Of a DNA stretch of 44,850 nucleotides, positions 12,001 through 23,756 are shown piece by piece. Positions within the stretch are counted from its first letter, which is position 1, and the number at the start of each line of letters is the position of its first letter. Origin of the DNA: Ionaspis alba (lineage: Eukaryota); assembly GCA_964255285.1 (NCBI GenBank), contig CAXUUL010000053.1:1-44850 (forward strand). Direction: 5' to 3'. Both the position numbers and the translations under genes were made by a program. A model generated the notes under the pieces. The model did not search any database. It was given only the letters and a program-made list of their open reading frames with translations, and was not told the origin of the DNA.

Positions 12001-14297
12001 TAAGCCGCTACTCTAACCATCTTCACGAACCGGTCTGTTAAGATACGATTGACATGCTCAAGGCACTGCTCACTTCGCGTACTGACCAGCTGTCCAGGAT
12101 CTTGACCAACTCGAAGGCATGTGTCGATCCAATTTGTCCTAGGTAATATTTCTGGTCTGCAAAGGACGAGCAACTCAACAAGCTGAGAGTGTATAATGTC
12201 TTCCTCAACAGTCGATTTGTGTTCCTTCAATTGTTGAATGGGCGGACAGATGGATCGAACGGCCATATAAAGCCTGGCATTACCGGTCTGAGCTGCGCCA
12301 GCAGCAGAATCCTTGACAGATAAGCTTACGTCTCGATACCAGCTCCAAAGTCCTTTGATAACTATCTTTCCGATCATCTTAGGATCTCTCCTGTACATTC
12401 CAGCTAGTGCTTCGGTTGCTGATCTTTGCACGATCGGGGTAATAATGGATCCAGAGATTGTATACAGGAATGCCTGAATCCAAGCATCGTGCATGGTTGA
12501 TAATGAGTCAATCGAGCATATCTGATTGCTACATGCTTCTAAGGCCCTGACTAACCATACATGGTCATCTGAAGTCGTTAATTTGGCGTACACTTTCTGG
12601 TGTAACAGAAAAGATGGCTTTGAGCCCGAAGTAAGTGCATGATCCAGGATCTTTGACTTGACGAGCAAAGACGTGAGCTTCGAATCCTGGACAACCTCAT
12701 AGAGAAAACTGTAAAGGCTAGTAACAATGTAGCCAGCTACAATGATGCCGGACTGAGTAGATGGCAAAGGATTCGAGACGACCTCTTGATACAAATCGAG
12801 TAGTCTAGGCAGGACAGATTCAACAACCTGTGTGATTGAAGATGTGCGAGAAGAACTAGCACGGATGTTCCAAAGTAGCAAGCCTGATCTGAGAACCCAG
12901 ATCCTCTGAAAAGCCGGTCTCTTATCACCCAATCCCTTTACCAAGGCATTGATGGAAGCATCAACGTCGGTGACCCCCTGCATGGTCAGGAACTCTAAGT
13001 GCCTGACCAGAGCAGTTGCCTCAGCAGCGACGGCTGCTTCGTTAGGCTCTTTGGATAAAATATTGGGCAGTCCATCGCATATGGTCTTCGAGTATAAGAG
13101 TTGTGGTGATAGTAATGAAAGGATCTGAGCGTGTAGAGCTCGCTGCTCTGCGGAGGCTACTTTTGATGTGATCAAGGGTGTCAAAATTTCACTAGAGACC
13201 CTTTCGAGATGCGTTGCATCATGGCATCGATCAATTAGAATGGCAATGCTCGAGATTGCTCCACTTCGAATATTGACGTTGGACGATTTGATGTTAGCCA
13301 ATAACGGCTTCAGGAGACGAGATGCCAGAATTTCAGAGAGATCACATTCCGTCGGCAGTGGTGTCACCATTGGCGTTATTAGATCATTTAGCACAACTTC
13401 GGGAGCTCTAAGTAGTGCTTTTTCCAAAGCTGGAACAATTTCAGTCTGAAGGTCTTGAACCGAGACAAAATAAGAGAAGAAGTCCTGGAAAGCTGTGCTT
13501 ATATGGCGTGGAACGACCGATTTCGATCCGATTACCTCCCGTACCCAAAAAGAGAAATAGTGGGTTCTCAAGCCTTCAATCGCTGATCTTGCAGTATCTA
13601 TGCGAGCACATACACCGGCGATGACACCTAGCAGCACAGCATTGCGGTATCCTGATGTTCCCTTTGTCGTCAAACGTAGCACGATTGAAATGATGGAGGC
13701 ATCATTTATCTCTCTTGTCCTAAAGATCTTGCGTAAAGCCCGCCGAGTCACTACCAGAGAAGAGTTCTTGACACTCTCTCTAATACTGGATGATAAGCAT
13801 GCCTCTAGCAAGCACGCGTCCGCCGATATCAAGCGTGGTCCGATCGTTTCCCACAAGTTATTATCTATGGTGCAGTGTTGTAACGCAAGGGAGCACCACT
13901 CTGTAAGAACAAAGGCATTGGAAGGCGCAATGACTGGTTTCGAGGCTTCCCGTTCGATGAGTCCAGCGAACTTGGAAATCGATCCGGCCGATACAGCCCA
14001 TAGGGACTGCAGAGAGTCCGAAACAGCGCGGCGAGAGGGTCGATCGTGGTAGGCAGGGTAAGTGTTGAACAGGAGGAAGAGAACAATGTCGGATTGCTCT
14101 TCCGCCCACTCTATTCAAAAGCTATCAGCTTCGTCATGACGACCAATATAGTAGTAAGGAAGCCTACCATTTCCCTGCAACCTGTGGCGGAGAACTTGCA
14201 GCTCTGTCCTGCGCCTTGAAGTAGAACTCGAAAGTAGTGCAGAAGTCAAGGCCTCAACCTGCCCCACTGTGCTTCCAATACCATTGACTCCTTCCAT
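6007..14297 (-). CDS. GCN1: Translational activator GCN1 (HEAT-repeat eIF2-alpha kinase activator), about 2675 aa. Exons 14297-14168, 14110-11363, 11315-11121, 11069-7245, 7190-6999, 6944-6007
   Basis: Motifs RRGAAYGLAG, WRSKKGACDLLGAMAYLDPQQLA, FVHYLDAPSLAL, GDRLGSAQALSEVLAG, ITGPLIRVV, FLPQLQRTF and YDTLKWEEE. Five GT-AG introns of 47-57 nt restore one frame. The exon sum of 8028 nt matches the expected GCN1 size. Confidence 0.96.
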
Positions 14298-14444
14298 AGC
14301 AGCTCATCGACGCCCCTCACTCCGAGCCTTGTGACCTAGGCGTGAGTGTTGTTGCCATGTACTCACGGAGTTCACTTTTGGAATTTTGTTGACAAATCAG
14401 GTTAAGCGAGTTTTATGTTTTTCTTGCCGGCATCACGATTTGGA

Positions 14445-14451
14445 TGACTCA
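14445..14451. promoter_or_regulatory. Candidate Gcn4/CpcA (cross-pathway control) element TGACTCA in the 313-bp divergent GCN1/helicase intergenic region
   Basis: ATGACTCA at 14444-14451 matches the TGA(C/G)TCA consensus. It is a single 7-mer and function is untested. Confidence 0.35.
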
Positions 14452-14610
14452 AGGTAAGTCTTGCACCTAGGACGAGAATAGTGGCAGATTTAGGAGTCTG
14501 ATTGTGATATCAGAGGCTCTACATTTGACGCTTTACTCCTAGCCCGACCACTCTTCATTCTCCGTAGTTCTAAAGGATATTTGAAGTTCTACTGTTGAAC
14601 CTCATTCACA

Positions 14611-17600
14611 ATGCCCACGAACAAAAAGAAGAAAAAGGCCACAAACCCAGCGCGTGGATTCGCCACTACTTCGACGGTCTCGAAATCTAAGATAATTGAC
14701 GACACGCTAGAAGACGCAGACGTCGTGTCTACTCCAGGTGCGGGCGAGTGTCATGCCCAAAGTCCTCCGGCTACTGAGGTGCTCATAAACGGCCAGAACG
14801 CCTCGCTGGACCTTTCCCAGCTCAGCCCTGAACAATTGGAATTGCAACTAGAGGAGTCTGAATTACAGATGCTTGTAGAGAACTTTGGAGAGACGTCAAG
14901 AAAGGACGCTTCGAGGCAGACGTCTAAGCTTCAAACTGAACGTCGTCTGCTCCGTTCTCAGGCAGAGCGATTAAATAGTGCCACATTCCTGCCCGAAGAA
15001 CTTATCCAATTAATTTTGGCACAAATTGAACGACATTCGGGGATCGGGAACAAGGCCTCCAACTCAGAGAGCAAGCGAGGAGAGAAGAAAATCTTGCTGG
15101 ATGATCTGAGCATCAAACTATGGACTTTGAGGCGGGCTCTGGAAGGCTTAGGCTTTCTCGAGAGTTCTGTGCAGGCTGCTCTCTCTCATGCTTTCAGGAT
15201 CCACCGAATAGATTCTGCCAGCAATATGGCAGCTGGCAAGGACTCCCTATGGGGCCTGGACCAGTGTTTGGACTGGCTGGCTCTAACATGTAAGTCCGAT
15301 GAAATGCCTGATTACGATTCCCCAAGAACAGAGAAACCAGAGGGTCATACAATGAATTCTCTCAACCCTCTACACCCTGCCGAGATTAGTGAGTCTTCCT
15401 TCAAAGTTTCCGCGCCATGGCATCAGGAAAGAAGTTCTCTCAGATAGTATTAAATTGACAAGATACAGCTACTCCCAGGCCCGCCACATCGAGCTCCGGC
15501 TTTCTGACTATGGCCGAGCATGAATCTGAGGACGAAAATGTACTCCAAGGATTGGAAAGTGATTCGGATGACGATGACCACGATCCGCGCCGAGCTCTGG
15601 AAAGATACATTACTCTTCAGCGACGGTTGTACGATAAGAACCCAGACCTCACCAACATTGATCGGCGACAACCCCGCGTCAAAGCTTTGACAGATTCTGG
15701 GAATTCTCGAGACACAGAAACCAAACGTTTGGTGCGGAAGGTGAAGAAATTGGAAGCTGATATACTATTCGACAAGGATGAAGCCCTCGAAAGGTGGGCT
15801 GAAGTTCGTATTGCTCTAGTCAAAGAGGGTGTAGCAAGGAAGCGACTGCAATTGAATGCACAGGCTTCGACGAGGCTGCCGCACGCCCATATAATACAGG
15901 CCACTGATAATAGCCCCCTGGTGGACATCGAAGATACGAAAGGGTCTTCTTTCGCAAGTTCGTTGAGTAGCTTAGAAGCACCACAAGAAGCAGCCTCGAC
16001 GAGGGACCTCTCAGAACGAGAAGATGTCCACGATTCCGTATCGGCCGTAGGTGATTTCTTTTCAAGCTTACCAGATCCAGAAACCAATGAGGAGACTGGT
16101 GCAAGTAGCATGACTATAACGACTAATGGCGAAGCCGTGGCCATCAGGGACTTTGGAGCTTGGACAGGCATGAATCCGCGACGGGTATTCGAAGAAGCTT
16201 GCAAAGCAAGGTCTGTGGCTCCTTTGTCGAACTTATAATCTCCTCCACTCCATTACTGACTGCTCTGATGATGTGATCTAGGGACTCATCGTGCAAGGTC
16301 AAATATGTCCTCATCTCCTCTTCGAGTTTCTCAAATCGGCACTCTGTCGTTGTGCGCTGGTCAAAGGACCAGGATTTGCCTGTACCCTCACCTGTCTCTG
16401 AAGTGGACTGTACGGCAAATCACAGAGCAGTCAGATTGGACATGGTCAGAGTATCGACTCCTAATGCCGCTCAATCAGAAGCCTACATTTCAATTGCCGC
16501 TCTGTTCGTGATCTTCATTACTTCACCGAAAGAGGAAAAAGCTCATGTTCGGCTGCCGCCTACCTGGAAAGATCTGTGGTCCGAATTCTGTACCGCACGT
16601 AGGGAAACCCTGGACAGCGTGGACCGGAACATATTGCGTGACATCCGGAAGATGATTGAGAACGCGGAGGAAAGTGGCTTCCAGGGAACTGGAGCTGCTG
16701 AGAGACAAAAAGAAGTTTCAGTTGAAGGCAGAAATGGCCTTGGCTATCCACTGCCTGTGCCATTGACGGGAACCCAAAGCCCTGAGAGTAAGACACTACG
16801 AGCGACATGGAAAGAAAAAGCGTCCACCCCCTCGTATATCCGTATGCTGAAGTCTAGAATCGCTCTACCAATCTGGGACTTCAGAAACGATTTATTGGAA
16901 GCGATTGAGAACAATCAGATTGTAATTGTTTGCGGCGAGACAGGATGCGGTAAAAGTACCCAAGTGCCTGCTTTTATCCTCGAACATGAGCTATCATCTG
17001 GTCGTTCTTGTAAGGTCTACTGCACGGAGCCTCGTCGAATATCAGCCATCTCGCTGGCTCGCCGCGTGAGTGAAGAGCTCGGAGAACGGAAGAGCGATGT
17101 GGGAACGTCGCGATCTCTCGTTGGGTACGCCATCCGTCTCGAAAGTCATATCACTATGGAGACACGACTAGTCTATGCCACAACTGGCATAGTGATGCGA
17201 ATGCTAGAAAGAGGCAACGACCTCGAAGACATCACACATCTTGTTCTGGACGAAGTGCATGAAAGGACTATCGACAGCGATTTCTTGCTTATCGTACTCC
17301 GAAAGCTTATGGTTCGACGACCGGCGTTAAAAGTCATCCTCATGTCAGCTACTGTAAACGCTGAGCAGTTTTCGAGGTATTTGGCTGGGGCTCCCATCAT
17401 GAATGTTCCAGGTCGTACATACCCAGTTGAGACCAGATACCTGGAAGACGCTATGGAGGCGACTAATTATGGCAACGAATCAGACTCTTCTAAAGTCTAT
17501 CCGCAGCAATACGACGACGAGGACAATGACGACTCTATTGAGAGGTCAGGGAAGTCCGATTTGGCTACGAATCTACAGGGCTATAGTAAGAAGACGCGCA

Positions 17601-19519
17601 GTACTCTTTCTCAATTTGACGAGTATCGCATAGATTACGAACTCATAATCAGATTGCTCGAGGCTATTGCCACGAAGGAAGCTTATAGAGATTACAGCAA
17701 AGCAGTGCTCGTGTTCCTGCCAGGAATCGCAGAGATACGACGCTTAAACGATACGCTGGCCGGTCATCCTACATTTTCTAATGGTTGGTATGTCTATCCT
17801 TTGCATTCTACCATCGCAACCGAAGACCAAGAGAGAGCATTCCTTGTGCCTCCTACTGGCATCCGAAAGATCGTGCTAGCCACAAACATTGCCGAAACCG
17901 GAATCACAATCCCGGATGTGACCTGTGTTGTCGACACTGGAAGGCACAAGGAAATGAGGTAAGCATCTGGTTGAGGCTGCGACGATCAAGAAGTACTAAA
18001 AATAATTTAGATTCGATGAACGACGACAGCTATCAAGACTCATCGAGTCCTTCATCTCCCGAGCAAACGCGAAGCAGCGTCGAGGGCGCGCTGGTCGTGT
18101 ACAGAATGGACTATGTTTCCACCTTTTCACAAAAGCACGACATGATTCTCTTGTAAGTCGAGGCGGCAATAACGATTTACCCGGGCTTACATGTTCTCTA
18201 GATGGCTGAGCAGCAGACCCCCGAGATGCTCCGACTGTCGCTCCAAGACCTCGTACTCCGAGTAAAGATATGCAAATTGGGTGGCATTGAGCAGACACTA
18301 GCGGAGGCTCTTGACCCTCCCTTACCCAAGAATATTCGTCGTGCTATCGATTCTCTCATAGACGTCAAGGCACTCACTACGGGCGAAGATCTAACTTCAT
18401 TGGGACGACAATTAGCGAAACTGCCGCTTGATGTGTTCCTTGGAAAGCTAATCCTGTTGGGCAGTATCTTCAAGTGCTTGGATGCAATGTTGACAGTCGC
18501 TGCTATCTTATCCTCTAAATCGCCGTTCTTCGCTCCTATAGGTGCTCGAGCACAGGCTGACCTAGCAAGACTAGCTTTCAAAAGAGGTGTGTACAGCAAA
18601 GATCTTTACTGACTCTCTCAATTGACCCATAACAACAGGTGACTCTGATTTACTTACGGTCTACCACGCGTATTGCTCATGGCGACGAACCTGCCAAACT
18701 ACTGGCTCATCCGAGTATCAATTTTGCCGCAAAAACTTCTTGAGTCCGCAGACGTTATCCAATATTGAGGACTTGAAGGCCCAGCTCACCACATCACTGG
18801 TCGATGCTGGCTTCCTTCTCTTGGATGAGGCAGGAGAAGCGGCTCTAAACAGGTAATGACCCTCTTCTGATCTCCAACTGCGTGCTGACTGGACGAGGGC
18901 GCGCTTCTACTCCCGTCGACGCCACTTCGTTGAAATACCTGGCTCGTACGATGTGAACGCCAACAACGACCTCGTTCTCACTTCTGTAATTGCCTGGAGC
19001 TTCTATCCAAAACTTCTTGTCCGCGATGGCAAGGGGTGGAGGAACGTAGCTAATAACCAATCTGTGAGCCTATATCCGACATCCGTCAACAAAGGTGTTC
19101 CCAGTCCTCCAAAATGGCTGTCGTTCTACCACATCATGCAATCAAGCAACAAGTTCTACAATGCACACGAAACTAGTGCGGCCGAGGATTTTGCCATCTT
19201 GCTTGTTTGTGGCGACGCTGATTTCAGGGTGCGTAGCTCTAGGCACTGGGTATGACCTCCAATGATACTGATTGTCTCCTAGATGTACTCCGGTGTCATT
19301 GTCATCGACGGTAATCGTCTTCGTTTCGCAGTCAGCAGCTGGAAAGTCATGCTCGCACTGAAAATGCTGCGGACACGAATCCGGGAGATTATGGGACAGT
19401 CTTTCCGCAGTCCTGGAGGGGCACTATCTTCGCAGCAACAAGTCTGGCTTGATATTTGGCAGAGAATATTCTCGCAGGAGTCACTCTTGAAGGAGAAGAC
19501 CCAGGCTCGAGAGATTTGA
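14611..19519 (+). CDS. DEAH/RHA RNA helicase, DHX29/DHX57-like, about 1501 aa. Exons 14611-15388, 15469-16210, 16282-17958, 18011-18152, 18202-18586, 18639-18852, 18898-19228, 19283-19519
   Basis: Motifs [52 protein letters not shown] and [11 protein letters not shown], with N-terminal [17 protein letters not shown] typical of fungal DHX29-like proteins. Seven GT-AG introns give 4506 nt in frame. The first acceptor could alternatively be at 15462. Confidence 0.9.
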
Positions 19520-20164
19520 TAGTATGGCGGAGCAAATCCGGGAATTTTGATAGAAGAACGCCTTGCGTTCCGCGTATGGAATCATCATAGGGTGGATTGG
19601 GGAATTTACAGACATACAGCCGGTGTATACCCTCACAGAGGGGGGGTCATATGTGTGGTAAAACTGCAATGTAACGTCTCGAAGAAGCCGATACAAGAGC
19701 CAACATACTGTATCTGAAATTCTCGAGAAATTGAAAGAGCTGCTCATTAAGGAACAAATGTCCTAGCATCATAATGGAAAAATGTAAAGACAATCGAGAC
19801 TTGAATCAAAGAGACAAGAAACACAACGAGTCCAATCCGATAAGTTCAAATTGCTCCTTTCAAGGTGGTGGGTGGACCCGGAGCATGTCAGCATCGCCCA
19901 CGTCATAAGCTTTCGCTCTAAGTGAGTGCTGTAGCTGTCGTAGAGGCCATCTCTTCATCTTGGATTTAGTTGTGTGAAGAGGGGAAAATGAGGTTGTAGC
20001 AGAATCAGATGCAAGTAAGCGAAAATTAGCGCTTCAGCCACGCATCGTCGATTAAAGAAGTGGCATGCGTATCTATTCAGGAAATAATCCCGCAATCCAT
20101 CTACAGAAACAATTCGTCGCAGCGTCTTTGGAATCCCTTTGCTGGTGTATGCAAGAAAGAAGAG

Positions 20165-21980
20165 ATGGCGTCCACTAATTGTTCAAGACATGCTGCTCGT
20201 ATACTACGGCCCCGACCCAATGCCTTCAAGTGCCTCTTCGAACACCCATCCACATGCTCCCGCCCAACGACACAATGTAGGACATTGACATCTGTGAACT
20301 CGGAGAGCCAACATAAAGTTTGCTCCTCACGCCGATATATGCTGCATTGTTACTCATTCCATGACAGATGCTCTCCGCCAACCTCGAAGAAGCTGACCCA
20401 GTAGTCTACGAGATCATCCAAAAAGTATGCTGCAATCAATCTTTTGCGCATGACAGAGTTGACGAGAACGAAAATAGGAGAAAAGGAGACAAAAGCATTT
20501 CATTAACCTCATCCCCTCCGAGAATTTCACATCCCAGTCTGTCCTCGATGCTTTAGGAAGCGTCATGCAAAGTGGGTAACAAGGTCTTTGCTGCCGTAGA
20601 TGTGCAGGAACTTTACTAACTCGATATTGAAAGACAAGTACTCAGAAGGATACCCCGGAGCAAGATACTATGGAGGGAATAAGTACATCGACGAAGGCGA
20701 ACGGCTCTGTCAACGACGGGCACTGGAAACATTCGGTCTGAAAGAGGAGGAATGGGGTGTTAATGTGCAGCGTGGGTTACGAACGATGTTGTAATGCTAA
20801 GAGCCAAGATACTGACTGCACACTATTAGCACTCTCTGGGTCTCCTGCCAACCTCTATGCATATTCCGCTCTCCTCAATTCGCACGACAGAATCATGGGT
20901 TTGGACCTCCCGCACGGAGGCCATCTTTCTCATGGCTACCAGACTCCGACGAAGAAGATCTCTGCTATATCAAAGTACTTCGAAACTCTTCCCTATCGCC
21001 TTGATGAGTCTACAGGCTTGATAGACTATATCAAACTAGAAGAATTGGCAATGCTATACCGACCACGGATCATCATCGCCGGGACGTCCGCGTACAGCCG
21101 TTTGATTGATTACGAACGCATGAGGGCCATCGCGGACAAGGTCGGAGCATACCTATTGAGCGACATGGCCCATATTTCAGGTCTTGTAGCCGGTCAAGTC
21201 ATCCCATCTCCATTCCCATACTCCGATGTCGTGACCACGACTACCCACAAATCTCTACGAGGGCCGCGTGGCGCCATGATATTCTTCCGGAAAGGTGTTC
21301 GCAGAACTGATAAGAAGGGAAGTGAGGAGATGTATGACCTAGAAGGCCCAATCAATGCTTCTGTCTTTCCAGGCCACCAGGGGGGACCACACAATCATAC
21401 GATAACTGCTTTGGCTGTCGCATTGAAACAAGCTCAAAGCCGGGATTTCAAGGATTATCAGAACATGGTTTTGATGAACGCAAAAGCTTTGGCCGCGAGG
21501 CTTGGGAATCCGAAAGAGAAAGGTGGCCTTGGATACAATGTTGTTAGTGGAGGAACGGACAACCATTTAGTGCTGATTGACCTTAAAGACCGCGGCATCG
21601 ATGGTGCGCGAGTCGAGCGTGTGCTTGAGCTTGTTGGAGTTGCCAGCAACAAGAACACCGTGCCTGGGGACAAGTCGGCCATGAAACCCGGTGGACTGCG
21701 AATGGGCACGCCTGCCATGACAACGAGAGGATTCTCTCCTGAGGACTTTACCCGAGTTGCTGAGGTGGTCGATCGAGCTGTCACGATCTCCCAGAAAGTG
21801 GACAAACTTGCTCGAGAAGATGCAGAAGCGAAGGATCGAAAGAACCCCGGAAGTGTCAAGGCGTTCTTGGAATTTGTTGGTGAGGGTGATGATGTACCGC
21901 AGATACTGGAGCTGCGGCATGAGGTGGAAGAATGGGTTGGAACATTTAGTTTGCCTTGGATCAAAGCCGGCGCACAATAG
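20165..21980 (+). CDS. SHM1: Serine hydroxymethyltransferase, probably mitochondrial, about 530 aa. Exons 20165-20317, 20368-20424, 20478-20571, 20634-20771, 20830-21980
   Basis: Motifs [48 protein letters not shown], the PLP-lysine motif [25 protein letters not shown] and SGGTDNH. The Arg/Ser-rich, acid-poor N-terminus resembles a mitochondrial presequence. Four GT-AG introns. Confidence 0.95.
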
Positions 21981-22276
21981 TGATGGATCTAGGACTACTC
22001 ATCTACGAATGTACGTGTCTCCCAGATCAGATCGAATCTCTATCGATCTTGTTTATATGGTGTCCTGCTCCTGGATTATCTGCGTTAGCGCTTGGTACCA
22101 GCAATCACTTATCCACAGGGGTAGGCTCTTACATATATGTCGTCTCCCAGATTTTTCACTCTCCTTCATCAAAGATTCCCAGAACCACAGCGTTACCTCT
22201 AGTATCACAAAAGCCGCCAGTATTGCCACCAGATTTCTAGCACACCTCTTGAAAATTAACAAAACGACCGATAACC

Positions 22277-22567
22277 ATGTCTCTACTCAAATCTCTTCTC
22301 CTTTCTATCTTCCTCGTCCTCACTATGGCGCTTGTCTTCCAGAGCTCGATCCCAAACCCTGTCTCTACGACCCCCGACGGGCTTTCATCCTTGCGTCACA
22401 TCGCTTTCGCTTTCACAGTCGCCAGCTATGTCCTCACCGCCATCTTGTACCTCGGAGTCATCTTTTGTACCGTGCTGCCTCCGAATGCACAGGCCGCTGT
22501 GAGGTGGCTCGTTGCCATAGCGGTCGATGAATATGACGTAACTATATTCCCCTATTGTCTTCCATAA
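22277..22567 (+). CDS. Small hypothetical membrane or secreted protein (3' end uncertain, possibly spliced at 22538)
   Basis: ATG in ACCATG context, hydrophobic signal-like N-terminus (MSLLKSLLLSIFLVLTMALVF) and a second hydrophobic segment (IAFAFTVASYVLTAILYLGVIFCTV). Possible GTAACT donor at 22538. No family recognised. Confidence 0.4.
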   Translation: MSLLKSLLLSIFLVLTMALVFQSSIPNPVSTTPDGLSSLRHIAFAFTVASYVLTAILYLGVIFCTVLPPNAQAAVRWLVAIAVDEYDVTIFPYCLP

Positions 22568-23756
22568 TGTCAACCTGTTGACTCAAGCTTCAGTATCTAA
22601 CACCTAAACCCCCAAGAGGACGACGTCGACGACGATCATCATAAACTAAGATACTGCTCATGGGGAACTAAGCTCATTGGCCTATTCGGGGAAATGACTA
22701 TGGCTTTGTTTTCTATATATGGGAATGGCGTATTTGGCTAGTGGTTCATTGTGCCTATATGGCTGTTGCCCTGACCAGGTCAAGAGCATTGTCAAATGGA
22801 CTCGGTGTTTCCCGCTTCTCTATCCTTGTGACCTGGGTAGAATGATAGCAAGAGCTTTCCAGCGAATTCTTGGATCTTGAGTAACTTGTCAAACCAATAC
22901 AATACAAATCTCGGTATACGGTACAAGCCAAAGGCAATATCAAAACGTGCCGTTCGACTCGCGCGAAATTAAATGTTCCATACACAATCGGCGAATATTG
23001 ATTGACGGAATTATGTTCCGCTCCAGCCCCTGCCAAGCGACAGCGGCTGTGGCTAGCTAGGGTACAAACTACTGCATGCAAGCTGTTTGCTGTCGCCAAG
23101 CGGCGTCTACCCAAATTTTTGGGCATATATAAATGTGACGTCGAGCTTTCCGTAGTGTAGATTGAGATCTCGTTTGTCAATTTGCTGCCGTGTAGGAACT
23201 CGGAACGATGCTTAGGGGATAGGAGAGAATGTGGGCATCTTTGGGTGAGTTTGCAGTGTTTGATTTGTTCGCGAGTGGAATACCGCTGCACGATTGCTCA
23301 GTGTATTGCCATGGTTGTGAAGGTGCTGCGCTTCAACTTCGCTGCCTTCAGATATTTTTATGTGTTTGCGGCTCATATTCTGAAACCTTCTTACACGGAA
23401 TCTCATTGAGCGAGAAGGATTGTATTTGTAGTCGTTATTTTCTGGAATTAGCAAGGGCCCGAGTGTCGCTTTGAGCCATTGATGAGAGCCATGTTAGGCC
23501 GCAGACTCGGGCTGTTCTCCTGTATCGTTGAGAAAACTATGCATTTTCGTTTTGGCGTAGTCTGGCCGCTTAGGGTTGGATGCCTAATGAATTGTCGCCT
23601 TCATTCTCATCGCGGAGAGGCCAGCCGTTCTCCAAACCACAGCGCGTTTCCATCTCTCCATTTTCAAATCTCCTGCGTGTAGTAACCACAGGGATGCCCA
23701 AACTCTACTCTGCAATGTTTTACCGCTGGCTGAACGATCCTTTCTTGGAACCAGCA

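Noticed and set aside
20060..20164. Upstream in-frame extension of SHM1 from the ORF track
   Set aside because: It begins at GTG. The ATG at 20165 gives a plausible mitochondrial presequence.
21757..22530. 257-aa ORF overlapping the SHM1 3' end
   Set aside because: Alternative frame of SHM1 and the downstream small ORF, with a non-ATG start and no domain.
22755..23291. 178-aa minus-strand ORF
   Set aside because: GTG start, no domain and random-like composition.
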